A stretch of DNA of 64,000 bases from Candidatus Pacebacteria bacterium CG10_big_fil_rev_8_21_14_0_10_44_54 (lineage in GTDB: Bacteria; Patescibacteriota; Microgenomatia; UBA1400; PJMF01): contig PFDI01000006.1 of the NCBI GenBank assembly GCA_002772695.1, positions 1,214 through 65,213 of the forward strand, read 5' to 3'. Within the stretch, counting starts at the first letter, position 1. Each line of letters starts with the position of its first letter. The position numbers and the translations under genes were made by a program. Below, in pieces: positions 46,483 to 57,520 of the stretch. The notes beneath the pieces are model-generated. The model saw only the letters and a list, made by a program, of their open reading frames with translations, made no database searches and had not been told where the DNA came from.

Positions 46483-46987
46483 AAACGTCTTCTATAGAGA
46501 GTTCGCCATCAACGGTTCGTAGCTTGCCTTTTTTTCGATATGCTTCAATAACAGGAGTCGTCACACTATGAAAAAGAGAAATACGCTGTCTGATCGCAGA
46601 GAGTGTCTCGTCTTCACGTTCTGCTACACGACCGGAAATTCTCCAGAGTGCTTCCTTGTCAGAAACGTCAATATAAACTACATGATCAATAGAGCCGTTG
46701 AAGGCTTCTGCTTGGGCTACAGTGCGAGGAAAACCGTCGAGTACAAAGCCATTTTGGTATTCTGGCTTTTTAAGGTACGTGAGAACAACTTCTAGTGTTG
46801 TCTCATCTGGGACAAGCGCTCCAGAATTAAGCAGCTCTTTGAGCCAACGACCAAGCCTAGTTTTTTCCTTAGCCATTTCTCGAAAGATGTGACCAGAAGA
46901 AAGGTACGGAATTTTATATTTATCAGACAGCATGCTTCCCTGTGTTGATTTGCCGGCTCCCTGTATACCAATCAAAACTATTTTCAT
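46451..46987 (-). CDS. adk: adenylate kinase, short form without a zinc lid
   Basis: P-loop GIQGAGKSTQ and GFVLDGFPRTVAQAE motifs. Confidence 0.9.
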   Translation of the reverse strand: MKIVLIGIQGAGKSTQGSMLSDKYKIPYLSSGHIFREMAKEKTRLGRWLKELLNSGALVPDETTLEVVLTYLKKPEYQNGFVLDGFPRTVAQAEAFNGSIDHVVYIDVSDKEALWRISGRVAEREDETLSAIRQRISLFHSVTTPVIEAYRKKGKLRTVDGELSIEDVFAQIIAAIEA

Positions 46988-47018
46988 GTTTATCCTTTTT
47001 TTCTTTGTACTGTGATTA

Positions 47019-48302
47019 TTATGTATACTGGTCGTAATTTTGTTCGACCAGCATACTCTCAGCCTGTTTTGTCGTCTCTAAAATAACGGAAACAACAATC
47101 AGCACTCCAGTTCCGCCAATAGCAAGCGATTGAATTTGTGTCAGTAACTGCGCCACTGATGGTAAAACTGCAACAAAACCAAGAAAAAGGGCTCCTGCAA
47201 AGGTAATGCGAGAAACCACAAACTCTAGATATTTCTTTGTCGATGCTCCTGGTCGTATGCCAGGAATAAAGGCGCCACTTTTTTTTAGTTCAGAAGAAAT
47301 GTCCTCTGCGTTAAAAAAGATCAACGCAGAGAAAAAGGTAAACACGAGCACTACTAGAAAGTAAATTGTCATATATATATAGGAAGTCTCTGCAAACCAA
47401 ATGCTCAGGTTCTGCCCTAAGGTGATAAGTTCTGGGTTGGCGCTGGCCAAGAAAATCCTGGCCAAAAAAGATGGTACAAGCATTAGTGAAACAGCAAAAA
47501 TAATTGGCAACACTCCTGTAACGTTGACACGAATAGGTAGGTGCGTTGTCTGTCCACCATAAACTTTGCTACCACGAGTTCGTTTGGCATACTGAATTTG
47601 CACTTTTCTGATCGCCTCATTCATGAACACTATCAAGGCAATAACCAAAAGAAACAGGGTTAGAAAAATCACAACAGTCATAAGTTGATCTGCAGTTGTA
47701 AGCGACCATACCTGTCCAACTGAGGTTGGGAGCTGACTAATAATACCAGCGAATAAAATCATGGAAATACCATTACCAATGCCGTAGATTGAGATAAGCT
47801 CGCCTAACCACATAACCACCAAAGAACCAGTGATCAAAGAAAGAATGATTGCTCCCAAAATGACGAGGTCTGAGGCAAGTAGCAAATCCTGTGATCGCAA
47901 TAACGCTAGAACAGAAATACTCTGAACAATGCCAAGTGGAACCGAAAGCAATCTTGTATATTGATTAACTTTTTCTCGACCACTCTCGCCGTCTTTCTGT
48001 AATTCTTTGAGTTTTGGGATAACCATACCTGCAAGCTGCATCACAATTGATGCTGTGATAAATGGATTGATTCCCACGGCAGCGATCGAAAACCTTGCCA
48101 ACGTTCCGCCAGAAAACACATTGAGAAGACTGAGAAACTGACTGCCGCTGAATAATTGCTCAAGTCTATCAATGTCTACACCAGGCAAGGGAATATGTGC
48201 AAGAATACGAAAAACTAAGAAAATTAAGGCAGTAAAAAATAACTTTTTTCTGAGTTGTGCAGAAGAAGCTATTTTTTGGAAGAGGGCAATAAATCTCTGC
48301 AC
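47019..48302 (-). CDS. secY: preprotein translocase subunit SecY
   Basis: 427 aa, 10 TM helices. It sits in the conserved position between rplO and adk. Confidence 0.9.
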   Translation of the reverse strand: MQRFIALFQKIASSAQLRKKLFFTALIFLVFRILAHIPLPGVDIDRLEQLFSGSQFLSLLNVFSGGTLARFSIAAVGINPFITASIVMQLAGMVIPKLKELQKDGESGREKVNQYTRLLSVPLGIVQSISVLALLRSQDLLLASDLVILGAIILSLITGSLVVMWLGELISIYGIGNGISMILFAGIISQLPTSVGQVWSLTTADQLMTVVIFLTLFLLVIALIVFMNEAIRKVQIQYAKRTRGSKVYGGQTTHLPIRVNVTGVLPIIFAVSLMLVPSFLARIFLASANPELITLGQNLSIWFAETSYIYMTIYFLVVLVFTFFSALIFFNAEDISSELKKSGAFIPGIRPGASTKKYLEFVVSRITFAGALFLGFVAVLPSVAQLLTQIQSLAIGGTGVLIVVSVILETTKQAESMLVEQNYDQYT

Positions 48303-48310
48303 AATGTGAG

Positions 48311-48760
48311 TTAACTTGTTTGCGTGATACTACCACCTGCTGCTTCAATCTTTTGTTGAGCAGCTTTCGTAACATCCAAATCTTGCACAGTTTTTTTCTT
48401 TGAGATCTCGCCAGTTGCAATAATCTTAACGCCTTTTGCTCGACTGCTGATAATTTTTTCTAATTTCAGTGTCTCAAGTGTCACAATATCTGCTACGACT
48501 GTATTAAGCTTGCTAAGTGAAAGCTCTACTCGCTTACCAGATGAAACAAATTTTCCCTTACCACGAAGCATTGGCATGCGCTTAATAAGTGGCAATTGAC
48601 CACCCTCAAACCATAATGGAATGCCTTTACCCGAACGAGACCTCTGACCCTTTTGTCCTCTACCGGCCGTGTGACCACCAATGCCAGACCCGTAGCCTCG
48701 GCCTACGCGCTTACGTTTTTTTGTGGTACTAGCTGTGAGTTGTGAGAGTAAACTTGGCAT
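48311..48760 (-). CDS. rplO: 50S ribosomal protein L15
   Basis: [26 protein letters not shown] motif. Confidence 0.9.
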   Translation of the reverse strand: MPSLLSQLTASTTKKRKRVGRGYGSGIGGHTAGRGQKGQRSRSGKGIPLWFEGGQLPLIKRMPMLRGKGKFVSSGKRVELSLSKLNTVVADIVTLETLKLEKIISSRAKGVKIIATGEISKKKTVQDLDVTKAAQQKIEAAGGSITQTS

Positions 48761-48762
48761 GA

Positions 48763-49446
48763 TTATTTTTTCTTAGCAGGTGCTTTTTTTGTGGATACTT
48801 TTGTTTTTGCTTTGGTTGTTGGGCTTTTTTTGACTAATTTACTTACAGCAGCTTTTGGCTCTACAGACTTTTTGGCTGGCTTTTTTGCGTCAGGCTTCTT
48901 GACCGCAGTAAGTCGCGCTTGTTCTTCTGCAATTTTTGCCGCTTCCTCAGCCTCTACCTGCGCAATTGATTTGAGAGAGATATGCTTTAGCTCAACAATA
49001 TTTGAAATTTGCACGAGCGCGGCAAAAGTAGTGTATACATTTGAAGCTTGGTTTTGTGTCCCCAAAATCTTGCTTGAAATATCTCGAATCCCTGCAGCCT
49101 CTACAACTGCTCGGACGGGACCTCCCGCAATAACTCCCGAACCCTTTGGCGCTGGTTTGAGTAAAACTTGTCCTGCACCTTTTTTCATAAGGATGCGAAA
49201 TGGAATCGTCGTACCGTCAATCGGAACTGTTATGAATTTCTTCTTGGCTTTCTTAATACCCTTTTGAATTGCAGTCACTACATCACTCGCTTTGCCAAGC
49301 CCAACACCAACTTTGCCTTTTCGGTCACCAACAACCATCAATACTGAAAAGCCAACCTTACTCCCACCTTTTGTTTTTTTGGAAACGCGAGAGATCTGGA
49401 TCACCTTTTCGTCGTACTCTGATGCCTGATTATGTTGTTCTACCAT
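48763..49446 (-). CDS. rpsE: 30S ribosomal protein S5 with an ~80-aa Lys/Ala-rich C-terminal tail
   Basis: Start set at MVEQHNQ, 8 nt after the rplR stop (the ORF-track start at 49533 overlaps rplR). S5 dsRBD and C-terminal domain, then the tail [21 protein letters not shown]...KKAPAKKK. Confidence 0.85.
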   Translation of the reverse strand: MVEQHNQASEYDEKVIQISRVSKKTKGGSKVGFSVLMVVGDRKGKVGVGLGKASDVVTAIQKGIKKAKKKFITVPIDGTTIPFRILMKKGAGQVLLKPAPKGSGVIAGGPVRAVVEAAGIRDISSKILGTQNQASNVYTTFAALVQISNIVELKHISLKSIAQVEAEEAAKIAEEQARLTAVKKPDAKKPAKKSVEPKAAVSKLVKKSPTTKAKTKVSTKKAPAKKK

Positions 49447-49453
49447 ACGGATC

Positions 49454-49816
49454 CTATATTGTAATGCCTTCTGCTCGTAATGTCTGGACAAACTCACGAA
49501 TCCTACCAAGATATGGATACTGTCCACGATCAAAAATTGCAGTTGTAATCTTTCGCTTTTGCAGCTCTGCTGCTACTGTTGCCGCAATCTTCTTGCCAGC
49601 TTGAGTTTTAGTCTCGACCTTTTTCTTGGCAGATTGTGACTTTGTATGCATGCCGAAGAGTGTTTTTTGTGCAGCATCATCTATAACCTGTACCAAAAGA
49701 TGCTTGTTGGAGCGCGAGACAGAAATTCTCGGTCGAACCGCAGTACCAAAAAGTTTGGCACGCACTCTACGTTGGCGCACTTGGTTTCGAGTCAATCTGT
49801 GAAAATCTTGTGTCAT
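49454..49816 (-). CDS. rplR: 50S ribosomal protein L18
   Basis: RVRAKLFGTAVRPRISVSRSNKHLLVQVID motif. Confidence 0.9.
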   Translation of the reverse strand: MTQDFHRLTRNQVRQRRVRAKLFGTAVRPRISVSRSNKHLLVQVIDDAAQKTLFGMHTKSQSAKKKVETKTQAGKKIAATVAAELQKRKITTAIFDRGQYPYLGRIREFVQTLRAEGITI

Positions 49817-49833
49817 GATGATGTTCTTATAGC

Positions 49834-50373
49834 TTATGCAGCCGCTGCCTTACCTTGTTTGCGCTTGACTTTCTCACTCTCATATCTGATGCCCTTGCCT
49901 TTATACGGCTCAGGTGGTCGCTTTGAGCGAAGTTCTGCCGCTAGTTGTCCTACCTGCTGCTTGTCTATGCCAGTGATAATAATTGTTTCTGTATCTGGTA
50001 CTTCAAACTTAATCCCAGGGACAGCATCTTGTGTGATCGGATGTGAAAATCCCAGAGCAAGTGAAATACCCGCACCTTTGGATTGCGCCCTATAACCAGT
50101 GCCAACAAGTTTGAGCGTTTTAGTAAAACCTTCGCTCACGCCCACAATTGCGTTCTGCAGTAGACTTCTGATCAGACCATGATTTGCCCTACTTTGCCTA
50201 GTGTCATTGGCCCTGTTTACCGTTATTTCTTCTGGCGTTTGGCTAAATGAAATACCTGTTGGTATCGCCACCACCAACGCTCCTTTTGGTCCCACCACCC
50301 GCATTTCACCATCTGCTTGAGTGAGCGTTACTCCAGAGGGGATGCTGATTGGGGTGCGTCCGATTTTTGACAT
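49834..50373 (-). CDS. rplF: 50S ribosomal protein L6
   Basis: MSKIGRTPISIPSGVT start and two L6 repeats. Confidence 0.9.
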   Translation of the reverse strand: MSKIGRTPISIPSGVTLTQADGEMRVVGPKGALVVAIPTGISFSQTPEEITVNRANDTRQSRANHGLIRSLLQNAIVGVSEGFTKTLKLVGTGYRAQSKGAGISLALGFSHPITQDAVPGIKFEVPDTETIIITGIDKQQVGQLAAELRSKRPPEPYKGKGIRYESEKVKRKQGKAAAA

Positions 50374-50376
50374 AAT

Positions 50377-50766
50377 TTACCAAACTTGACAGAGCAATTC
50401 TCCGCCCACTTTTCTTTTTCGTGCTTCCTTATCTGACAACAAACCCTGATTGGTGGAAAGAATAGTAATGCCATATCCACCCAATGCCCGAGGAATTTTG
50501 TTGGCTGGAGCGTAAACACGACGACCAGGCTTCGAGATTCTTTTAACGTCATTGACTACCGAAACTCGATTGTTGTACTTGAGCTTGACGTGTAGAGCTG
50601 GAAACTGACCACTTGTAATCTGCTCAATCTTGGTGATGTAACCCTCTTGTACCAAAATCTCCCCAAGCGAGTAACGCATTTTTGAATACGGCATCTCGAC
50701 CGTATCGTGATTCGCACGAAGTGCATTCTTAATTCTAATTAGAAAATCTGCAATTGGATCTGTCAT
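50377..50766 (-). CDS. rpsH: 30S ribosomal protein S8
   Basis: MTDPIADFLIRIKNA start. Confidence 0.9.
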   Translation of the reverse strand: MTDPIADFLIRIKNALRANHDTVEMPYSKMRYSLGEILVQEGYITKIEQITSGQFPALHVKLKYNNRVSVVNDVKRISKPGRRVYAPANKIPRALGGYGITILSTNQGLLSDKEARKRKVGGELLCQVW

Positions 50767-50768
50767 GT

Positions 50769-50999
50769 TTATTTACTTGCCTTTACAACACCAGGCAATT
50801 CGCCTTTAAGCGCTAACTCTCTAAATGTTAAACGACTGAGCCCAAAGTAACGCATATATGCCTTTGGTCGACCGGTTATTTTACACCGGTTTACCCCTCG
50901 AGTCGAGAAGCGATTGTATTTTTTTTCGCCTGACAACAAAAGTGCCTGTCGCTTTTGTAGCAACTTCTTTGATTTAGCGATTTTAGATTTCTTTGCCAT
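50769..50999 (-). CDS. rpsN: 30S ribosomal protein S14, short (76 aa), without the zinc-binding Cys pairs
   Basis: C-terminal [39 protein letters not shown] motif. Confidence 0.85.
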   Translation of the reverse strand: MAKKSKIAKSKKLLQKRQALLLSGEKKYNRFSTRGVNRCKITGRPKAYMRYFGLSRLTFRELALKGELPGVVKASK

Positions 51000-51016
51000 A
51001 CCCTCTTCTCTGTCTA

Positions 51017-51580
51017 CTACTTAGTATCTACTTCTTTTGCAAACGGCATACCCAATAACGTTAGTAATTGCAGTGCGTCTTCGTTCTTTTCAGCAGTTGA
51101 AACAAACACTGCTTGAAAACTACGAATACTCTCTACCATATCATAGCTCACCTCTGGAAAAATTATCTGCTCTTCAATACCTAGGCTGTAATTGCCATTA
51201 CCATCAAAACCTGTTTTGGAAACACCTTGGAAGTCTTTAACACGAGGGAGTGCGACTGCAATAAGTTTTTCCAGAAATTGCCACATTCGCTTGCCACGCA
51301 AGGTGACTTTTACCCCAAGCGGATCTCCTTCCCGCAACTTGAAGCTGGCGATTGATTTGCGTGCGAGGGTGATGTTTGGCTTTTGGCCAGAAATAACCAT
51401 AAACTGCTGGACAATATTTTCGAGGGCTTGTTTTCGGGCTCGAGGTTCCTGCGGATCTTTGACTCCCATATTGAGCACTATCTTGAGTAATCTTGGTACT
51501 GCAAAATCACTCTGAACGTCCATCTCTTTTTTGAGTTGTGGCACAACTGTCTCTAGGTAGTATTGTTGTAGCGCTGTCAT
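51017..51580 (-). CDS. rplE: 50S ribosomal protein L5
   Basis: L5 N- and C-terminal domains, in conserved order. Confidence 0.9.
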   Translation of the reverse strand: MTALQQYYLETVVPQLKKEMDVQSDFAVPRLLKIVLNMGVKDPQEPRARKQALENIVQQFMVISGQKPNITLARKSIASFKLREGDPLGVKVTLRGKRMWQFLEKLIAVALPRVKDFQGVSKTGFDGNGNYSLGIEEQIIFPEVSYDMVESIRSFQAVFVSTAEKNEDALQLLTLLGMPFAKEVDTK

Positions 51581-51918
51581 TTTGATTTCTTTTTCTCTAC
51601 TTTAGGCATCGGTGCTACAGCACCAGATTTTTTGAATATTCTGGTTTTGTGACCATCTTTGGTAAGCTCATATCCAATTCTGTCTGGCTTACCTGCGTCA
51701 TTGAGTACTGCGATCTTACTCATTGCGAGGGGTCGCTCGACTTTGCGAATTTCTCCGGCCTGACCCTGTCTTGGTTTGACGTGACGAGAGTAAAGATTTG
51801 CACCAGGCACAATCACCTTGCGTTGTTTTGGCAATATGCGGGCAATTTCGCCAATCATACCCTTATCTCTTCCAGAGGTGACAACAACTTTGTCGCCGAC
51901 AAATACTTTCATACTCAT
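51577..51918 (-). CDS. rplX: 50S ribosomal protein L24
   Basis: KOW motif [21 protein letters not shown]. Confidence 0.9.
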   Translation of the reverse strand: MSMKVFVGDKVVVTSGRDKGMIGEIARILPKQRKVIVPGANLYSRHVKPRQGQAGEIRKVERPLAMSKIAVLNDAGKPDRIGYELTKDGHKTRIFKKSGAVAPMPKVEKKKSK

Positions 51919-52289
51919 AAAACCTCAGGCGCTAAACTTGCAATTTTACTAAAACCTCTATTTTTTACTTCCCTACCAATTGGACCAAATACACGAGTAC
52001 CAATCGGATTGACGCTTTTTCTCGACTCAATAATAACTGCTGCATTATCGTCGAATCTGACATACGTACCATTATTACGACGAAACTCTTTGCGGGTACG
52101 AACTATCACAGCCTTGACCATCTCGCCACGCTTGATATTTGACTGCGGGTCAGCAACGATAACAGAAGCTGCGACAATATCCCCAATATAACCAAATCGT
52201 CGCTTCGAACCACCATGTACCTGAATGACGCGCAAACGCTTGGCACCGCTGTTATCACTAACGGCTAGTACAGATCTCAGTTGAATCAT
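51915..52289 (-). CDS. rplN: 50S ribosomal protein L14
   Basis: Start set at [17 protein letters not shown], the canonical L14 N-terminus, which gives a 4-nt overlap with the rpsQ stop. The ORF-track start at 52349 would overlap rpsQ by 64 nt. Confidence 0.9.
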   Translation of the reverse strand: MIQLRSVLAVSDNSGAKRLRVIQVHGGSKRRFGYIGDIVAASVIVADPQSNIKRGEMVKAVIVRTRKEFRRNNGTYVRFDDNAAVIIESRKSVNPIGTRVFGPIGREVKNRGFSKIASLAPEVL

Positions 52290-52525
52290 GCTGCCTTTGC
52301 CACAAGTTCTAGTACTCTGAATCGCTTGGTTTTGCTCATTGGTCGACACGACTCAATAATGACTTCAGCACCTTCCACCAACTTCATATCAACATAATGA
52401 CATGCATACTGCTTGGTTCTCTTTACGGATTTTCCGTACATTGGATGTTGCCACTGCCTAGTTACAGTAACCTGCGCAGTATTTGGCGTCTTTATCGCAG
52501 TAATCACTCCTTGTAGTTGCTTCAT
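52286..52525 (-). CDS. rpsQ: 30S ribosomal protein S17
   Basis: OB-fold motif [19 protein letters not shown]. Confidence 0.9.
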   Translation of the reverse strand: MKQLQGVITAIKTPNTAQVTVTRQWQHPMYGKSVKRTKQYACHYVDMKLVEGAEVIIESCRPMSKTKRFRVLELVAKAA

Positions 52526-52728
52526 GTTGTTGCCTTTTCTTTTTCCCTGAGAACTGTGAGTACGCGCGCAATATCTTTGGCCAAATGCGTCACCTGCGCT
52601 GTGTTGGCTAGTTTGCCGGCAAACTTTTGCATGCGCAATGAAATAAATGATTTCCTCAATGCAGCAAGCTTCGTTGTCAATTCGGCTGACTCAAGTTCGT
52701 GTAGTTTGTGAATATCAGTTTTTTTCAT
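52522..52728 (-). CDS. rpmC: 50S ribosomal protein L29
   Basis: LHELESAELTTKLAALRKSFISLRMQ motif. Confidence 0.85.
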   Translation of the reverse strand: MKKTDIHKLHELESAELTTKLAALRKSFISLRMQKFAGKLANTAQVTHLAKDIARVLTVLREKEKATT

Positions 52729-52731
52729 GTT

Positions 52732-53136
52732 TTATTTCTTCAAAAATGTTGTTTTCACCGATAATTTGTGCCCCGCTTTTCGAAAAGCAATTCTCGCCGT
52801 GTCTTCAGTCACACCAGAAAGCTCAAATAAGACTACTCCGGATTTGACAACTGCCACATGCTCCTCTACCGCGCCTTTGCCTGATCCCATCTTTACCCCA
52901 ACTGGCTTTTTAGTAATTGGCTTGTGTGGAAAAACTCGAATCCAGTACTTGCCTGCCCGTTTAGTCATAAAAGTTATCTTCTTGCGTGCTGCCTCTATTT
53001 GACGTCCAGTCACCCAACCCGTGCTGATGGCTTGCAAACCAAAATCTCCAAATGCAATATCAGCACCTCGAGTGGAAATGCCTCGACGTTTACCTCGAAA
53101 CTGTTTGCGGTATTTTTCTTTTTTTGGTTGCAACAT
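52732..53136 (-). CDS. rplP: 50S ribosomal protein L16
   Basis: MLQPKKEKYRKQFRGKRRG start. Confidence 0.9.
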   Translation of the reverse strand: MLQPKKEKYRKQFRGKRRGISTRGADIAFGDFGLQAISTGWVTGRQIEAARKKITFMTKRAGKYWIRVFPHKPITKKPVGVKMGSGKGAVEEHVAVVKSGVVLFELSGVTEDTARIAFRKAGHKLSVKTTFLKK

Positions 53137-53138
53137 AC

Positions 53139-53789
53139 CTAAACTACCTCGCCTTTATAGATCCATACCTTTATACCGACGAATCCTGAACGAGTTCGCG
53201 CGGCTTCTTGGAAATAATCTATATTTGCTCGCAAAGTCTGTGTGGGAACACTACCTTTTGAGTACTTTTCATTTCTACCAATTTCTGCTCCACCAATTCT
53301 GCCAGAAAGGGAAATTTTTACCCCTTGCGCACCCGCTTGCATCACTCGGTCAATCGCTTGTGAAACAGCTCGACGATGTGGATAGCGCTTAATAAGTTGG
53401 TTTTGAATGCGCTCGACGACAAGTTTTGCACTCAAATCTGGCTTATTGACTTCCTCTACTCGCAAATCTATCTTGACTCGGTCCTTTTTGAGTTTAGCAA
53501 CATTAAGTAATCGCTCGACATCTTTCTTGACTTCCTCAAGATTTGCGCCGCCCCTACCGATAACTACTCCTGGACGAGAAACATATAAAACTATTTTTAT
53601 CACCGTCAGAGAGCGCTCAATGTCAATTTGGACCACACCTGCCGTCAAGAGTTTCTTCTTGAGCTGTGAACGTAAGCGAAAATCTTCGATTACAGTATCA
53701 CTATACTCTGCAGGCTCCGCAAACCAACGAGACTTCCAGCCGAAAGTGTTGCCGACACGAAAACCAGTTGGATGTACTTTTTGTCCCAT
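53139..53789 (-). CDS. rpsC: 30S ribosomal protein S3
   Basis: MGQKVHPTGFRVGN start and KH domain. Confidence 0.9.
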   Translation of the reverse strand: MGQKVHPTGFRVGNTFGWKSRWFAEPAEYSDTVIEDFRLRSQLKKKLLTAGVVQIDIERSLTVIKIVLYVSRPGVVIGRGGANLEEVKKDVERLLNVAKLKKDRVKIDLRVEEVNKPDLSAKLVVERIQNQLIKRYPHRRAVSQAIDRVMQAGAQGVKISLSGRIGGAEIGRNEKYSKGSVPTQTLRANIDYFQEAARTRSGFVGIKVWIYKGEVV

Positions 53790-53813
53790 ATTTTTTGCCA
53801 GAGGGGTATTGTA

Positions 53814-54266
53814 CTACACTCTCTTACTTTTTACTCGACTTTTTTGCTTGGTTGTTACTTTTTTTACAGCGGTTTTTCTCGGTTTCTTTGCTGGAGCCAC
53901 CTTTGCTTCTTTTGCTTCTGTAGCTGGCTTCTCGACAATCTCTTCTAGCTCCAAAACTACATGGCTAGCCAACTTGACAATGCTGTGAGCACGTCCTCTA
54001 CTAACAGCGCGAAATCGCTTATAACGTGGCCCTTCATTGATTTGGAGTGACTTAATTTTAAGTTGATCAGCAGTGATATTGTGATTGTGTTGTGCATTTG
54101 CCAAAGCTTGACGAAATACCTTGAGCAAAACAACTGCAGAGCGACGCTCAATTACAGCAAGCTGTCTTAGTGCTTGTTCGACAGAAAGTCCGCGAACTGC
54201 GTCTGCTGCGAAACGAATTTTTCTTGGTGTTTGTCTGGTATTTTTTTGTACTGCACGAATAATCAT
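53814..54266 (-). CDS. rplV: 50S ribosomal protein L22 with a Lys-rich C-terminal tail
   Basis: L22 core. The tail is KPATEAKEAKVAPAKKPRKTAVKKVTTKQKSRVKSKRV. Confidence 0.9.
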   Translation of the reverse strand: MIIRAVQKNTRQTPRKIRFAADAVRGLSVEQALRQLAVIERRSAVVLLKVFRQALANAQHNHNITADQLKIKSLQINEGPRYKRFRAVSRGRAHSIVKLASHVVLELEEIVEKPATEAKEAKVAPAKKPRKTAVKKVTTKQKSRVKSKRV

Positions 54267-54273
54267 AAGTGTT

Positions 54274-54558
54274 TTAGGTCTTAGTCAGGACTCTCTTTAC
54301 AATTCTGCCGTGTCCACGGAATGTTCTGGTTGGGGCAAATTCACCAAGCTTGTGGCCGACCATAGCTTCGCTGACAAATACTTCTATAAATACCTTGCCT
54401 TGATGAACTAAAAATGTGTGACCAACAAAATCTGGACTAATCACTGAGTGTCGACTCCAGGTCTTAATGGCTGTTTTATCGCCACTTTGCTTCTGCTTCA
54501 TTACCTTACTAAGCAATTTTGGATCTACGTATGGTCCTTTTTTACTTGATCTGGACAT
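54274..54558 (-). CDS. rpsS: 30S ribosomal protein S19
   Basis: [16 protein letters not shown] start. Confidence 0.9.
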   Translation of the reverse strand: MSRSSKKGPYVDPKLLSKVMKQKQSGDKTAIKTWSRHSVISPDFVGHTFLVHQGKVFIEVFVSEAMVGHKLGEFAPTRTFRGHGRIVKRVLTKT

Positions 54559-54560
54559 GA

Positions 54561-55397
54561 TTATTTTTTGCTCCGTCTATCTCGTACAATATATTTTTTA
54601 CTTGTCTTTCGCTTACTTCTAGTTTTTTTACCAAATGCATGCTTGCCCCATGGTGTCTTCGGGTACTTCATGCCAACACCACTCCTACCTTCGCCACCAC
54701 CATGAGGGTGACTGCCAGGGTGCTGCGCTGTACCTCTTACTGTAGGACGAATACCGAGCAATCGCTTTCTACCAGCTTTGCCAAGCTTACGACCCTTCCA
54801 CTCTGGGTTACCAACCTGGCCGATTGTAGCCAAACACTCTCGTTTTAGCAATCGAAGTTCTTTTGAAGGCAGTAATACAACAACAAACTTGCCTTCTTTT
54901 GATTGAATTACTGCACTTGCTCCAGCACCACGAACAATCTGAGCCCCTTTGCCAGGCATAATCTCGAGATTGTGGATGGGTACGCCGACAGGAATCTTCG
55001 CCATTGGCAATGCGTTGCCAGGTTTAATCTCGGCTTTCTCACCTACCAAAACTGTATCGCCAGCTTGTAGGCCTTCCGGTGCAAGTTGATATTTTTTATC
55101 ACCATCTGGATAATGAATGAGTGCCAAGTGCGCGCTTCGCATGGGATCATACTCGATGCGTTGTACTACACCTGGGATTTCCCGCTTACTACGCCTCCAA
55201 TCAATAATTCTCATTCGTTTTTTGACTCCACCACCACGATGGCGAACGGTGATATGACCACGAAAACCTCGTCCTTGACGCTTCTTATGACCTGGCACTA
55301 GAAGTGATTTTTCTGGTGAACCCTTGTGCAAGAAAGAGCGATCAACGACAACTTGATTTCTTCTGCCGGCAGTGGTTGGATTTCGTTTCAGTAACAT
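54561..55397 (-). CDS. rplB: 50S ribosomal protein L2
   Basis: [12 protein letters not shown]-terminus and [16 protein letters not shown]-terminus. Confidence 0.9.
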   Translation of the reverse strand: MLLKRNPTTAGRRNQVVVDRSFLHKGSPEKSLLVPGHKKRQGRGFRGHITVRHRGGGVKKRMRIIDWRRSKREIPGVVQRIEYDPMRSAHLALIHYPDGDKKYQLAPEGLQAGDTVLVGEKAEIKPGNALPMAKIPVGVPIHNLEIMPGKGAQIVRGAGASAVIQSKEGKFVVVLLPSKELRLLKRECLATIGQVGNPEWKGRKLGKAGRKRLLGIRPTVRGTAQHPGSHPHGGGEGRSGVGMKYPKTPWGKHAFGKKTRSKRKTSKKYIVRDRRSKK

Positions 55398-55398
55398 G

Positions 55399-55710
55399 TT
55401 ACTTTACTACCTTCTCCTCTGAGCCTATATTAAATAAATCAATGCTATCACCAGTTTTGAGTGTTACGAGTGCTCGCTTTCTTTTTGCCTTGTGTGACAA
55501 AAGGCGCTTCCTACCAACTCGGTGTGCTCGAGGTTGTTGTGTTACTGTGCGAACCGCAGTAACCGTGACAGGAAAAATTTCTTGAATCGCTTCTCTAACC
55601 TGATTTTTTGTCGTGTGAATTGCAACTTCGAACGTATAGACATTGAGTGTAGAAGCAAGTTTGTACGACTTCTCGGTAATAACTGGTTTTGTAATCGCAA
55701 ATGTTTTCAT
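55399..55710 (-). CDS. rplW: 50S ribosomal protein L23
   Basis: IITEKSYKLASTLNVYTFEV motif. Confidence 0.85.
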   Translation of the reverse strand: MKTFAITKPVITEKSYKLASTLNVYTFEVAIHTTKNQVREAIQEIFPVTVTAVRTVTQQPRAHRVGRKRLLSHKAKRKRALVTLKTGDSIDLFNIGSEEKVVK

Positions 55711-56388
55711 CTATGCCTTTTTGGTCTTTGCTGTAGTCGCAGCGGACTGCTTATTTACAACAGCTTTCTTTGGCTTGGCTGTTTTTGATTTGGCTGTCTT
55801 TGCTATGACAGGCTTTTCAACAACTATCGGCTTGCCAGTAATCCGTGTGTTTACCAAAGCCTTTGACTTTTCAGTAAATAAAATTTTATCAGCTTGCACG
55901 ATATGTAGCGCATTAAGCTGTACAGCCGATACCGAAGTGACTCGAGAGATATTACGAAGAGATCTAATTGATTCTGGAGTGGCTTTTTCTAAAACGACAC
56001 AAATTCTTTGAGCCTTTGGTGCTACCTTATCAAGAACCGCTACTGCCTCTTTTGTTTTGCCACTGAGTTTGTTGAGTTCGGGCACAACAACAATTGCGGC
56101 AGACTGCATCTCGAGTGCAGATTTAAGTGCCATTCGCTTCATTGTCTTTGGTAGAGATCGGTTCCAATTTGCATTGCCAACTGGACCGTGTGCAACACCA
56201 CCACCAACAAAAATGTGTGCCGATTTTGCTCCATGACGCGCTCCACCCGTCCCTTTCTGCTTGTACATCTTCCGCTTAGTAAGATTGACTTCCGAACGTG
56301 TCTTTACCTTACTAGTACCCTGACGCTTGTTGGAGAGTGCAACAGAAACAGCTTGAGAAACGAGTTGTACATTGATGTTTTTTTTCAT
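55711..56388 (-). CDS. rplD: 50S ribosomal protein L4 with a Lys/Ala-rich C-terminal tail
   Basis: Start set at MKKNINVQ (ATG at 56386-56388, just after the rplC stop). The ORF-track start at 56436 overlaps rplC by 47 nt. KGTGGARHGAK motif. Confidence 0.85.
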   Translation of the reverse strand: MKKNINVQLVSQAVSVALSNKRQGTSKVKTRSEVNLTKRKMYKQKGTGGARHGAKSAHIFVGGGVAHGPVGNANWNRSLPKTMKRMALKSALEMQSAAIVVVPELNKLSGKTKEAVAVLDKVAPKAQRICVVLEKATPESIRSLRNISRVTSVSAVQLNALHIVQADKILFTEKSKALVNTRITGKPIVVEKPVIAKTAKSKTAKPKKAVVNKQSAATTAKTKKA

Positions 56389-56389
56389 A

Positions 56390-57121
56390 CTATTTCTCAG
56401 CCTCTGTTGATTCAAGTTCTCGTTCCGCAGCAGCAATGCCAGATGCTACCAAGTTTAGTTTGATCTGTTTTTGGCCACCGTCTTTGCGAATACGAAGTGA
56501 AGAATTAATAGCACCTGGTACTGGGCCACTCAACCAAATTTCATTTTCTTTCTGATCAACATGAACAATCACGAGTCCCGATACTGTGACGGTGTCAACG
56601 CCAGAATGACCGGGCATTCTCTTGCCCTTGTACACCCTACCAGGAGTTGTACCAGCGCCAATGGAACCAACCGCACGAGTTCGATCTGATTGACCATGTG
56701 TCTTTGGTCCACCTTTAAAACCATAACGCTTGACAGCACCAGTGAACCCCCTACCTTTTGATACGCCTTGTACTTTGACTAAATCTCCTACCGCTAGATA
56801 GTCGAGCGCAGAAACTGAAGTTCCAACTTTGGGGACTTTTATTTCTTCGGTTTCCTCAAAACTGCTACCGCGCAAAAACTCAGCACCAAGAGAAAAGCCG
56901 CTTTTTGCAAGTTGTGCGCGAAGTGGCTTCTTCATATTTTGGAGCTTTTTTTTGCCATAACCAAGAGTTATTTCAAACGAATTTGGTGTTTTGAGTTCTT
57001 TTGAACCAATAACCAAGTTTTTATCTGCACGACAACGAGTGACAGCAATGCGCTTACCAGCTGTATTCCAGGCTTGTGTCATGCCAATTTTGGTCACAAA
57101 AATATCTTGCATACGTATCAT
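56390..57121 (-). CDS. rplC: 50S ribosomal protein L3 with a C-terminal extension
   Basis: IGMTQAWNTAGKRIAVT and FKGGPKTHGQSDR motifs. Confidence 0.9.
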   Translation of the reverse strand: MIRMQDIFVTKIGMTQAWNTAGKRIAVTRCRADKNLVIGSKELKTPNSFEITLGYGKKKLQNMKKPLRAQLAKSGFSLGAEFLRGSSFEETEEIKVPKVGTSVSALDYLAVGDLVKVQGVSKGRGFTGAVKRYGFKGGPKTHGQSDRTRAVGSIGAGTTPGRVYKGKRMPGHSGVDTVTVSGLVIVHVDQKENEIWLSGPVPGAINSSLRIRKDGGQKQIKLNLVASGIAAAERELESTEAEK

Positions 57122-57157
57122 TATTTCTTTGTTGTGCTGTTGACAGCAAATATCCCC

Positions 57158-57490
57158 CTACATTTTTATCTGAATCGAAACACCGGCAGGCAATTCTAAA
57201 TGCATCAGTGAGTCAATGGTTTTACTTGTTGGGTTAACTATATCGAGCATGCGCTTGTGTGTTCTAATCTCATAGTGCTCTTGAGCATTCTTGTCTGTGT
57301 GTGGAGAAGTTAAAACAGTAAAGTCACGAATGTGTGTCGGAAGCGGAACTGGACCAACCACCTGCGCACCAGTAGAAAGTGTTGTCTCTAGTATTTTCTT
57401 ACTTGCTTCATCAATAACTCGATGATCGTAGGACTTAAGACGAACTCGGATCTTGTTGACTGGTGCCGCTGTTTTTGCTTGTTTTGCCAT
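57158..57490 (-). CDS. rpsJ: 30S ribosomal protein S10
   Basis: Start set at [27 protein letters not shown], the canonical S10 N-terminus. The ORF-track start at 57583 would run through the promoter/terminator region. Confidence 0.9.
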   Translation of the reverse strand: MAKQAKTAAPVNKIRVRLKSYDHRVIDEASKKILETTLSTGAQVVGPVPLPTHIRDFTVLTSPHTDKNAQEHYEIRTHKRMLDIVNPTSKTIDSLMHLELPAGVSIQIKM

Positions 57491-57520
57491 TTGTCTTTCT
57501 CGACTAAATCGTAGGGTGCG

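Noticed and set aside
48791-49267. 158-aa plus-strand ORF within rpsE
   Set aside because: It is antisense to S5, whose coding tail is Lys/Ala-rich and yields an F/L-rich open shadow frame.
50769-50999. Zinc-ribbon (type Z) S14
   Set aside because: The protein is short (76 aa) but lacks the CxxC...CxxC cysteine pairs. Its C-terminus matches the zinc-free long-form S14, so it is annotated simply as a short S14.
53407-53988. 193-aa plus-strand ORF across rpsC/rplV
   Set aside because: It is antisense to conserved ribosomal protein genes and has no motifs.
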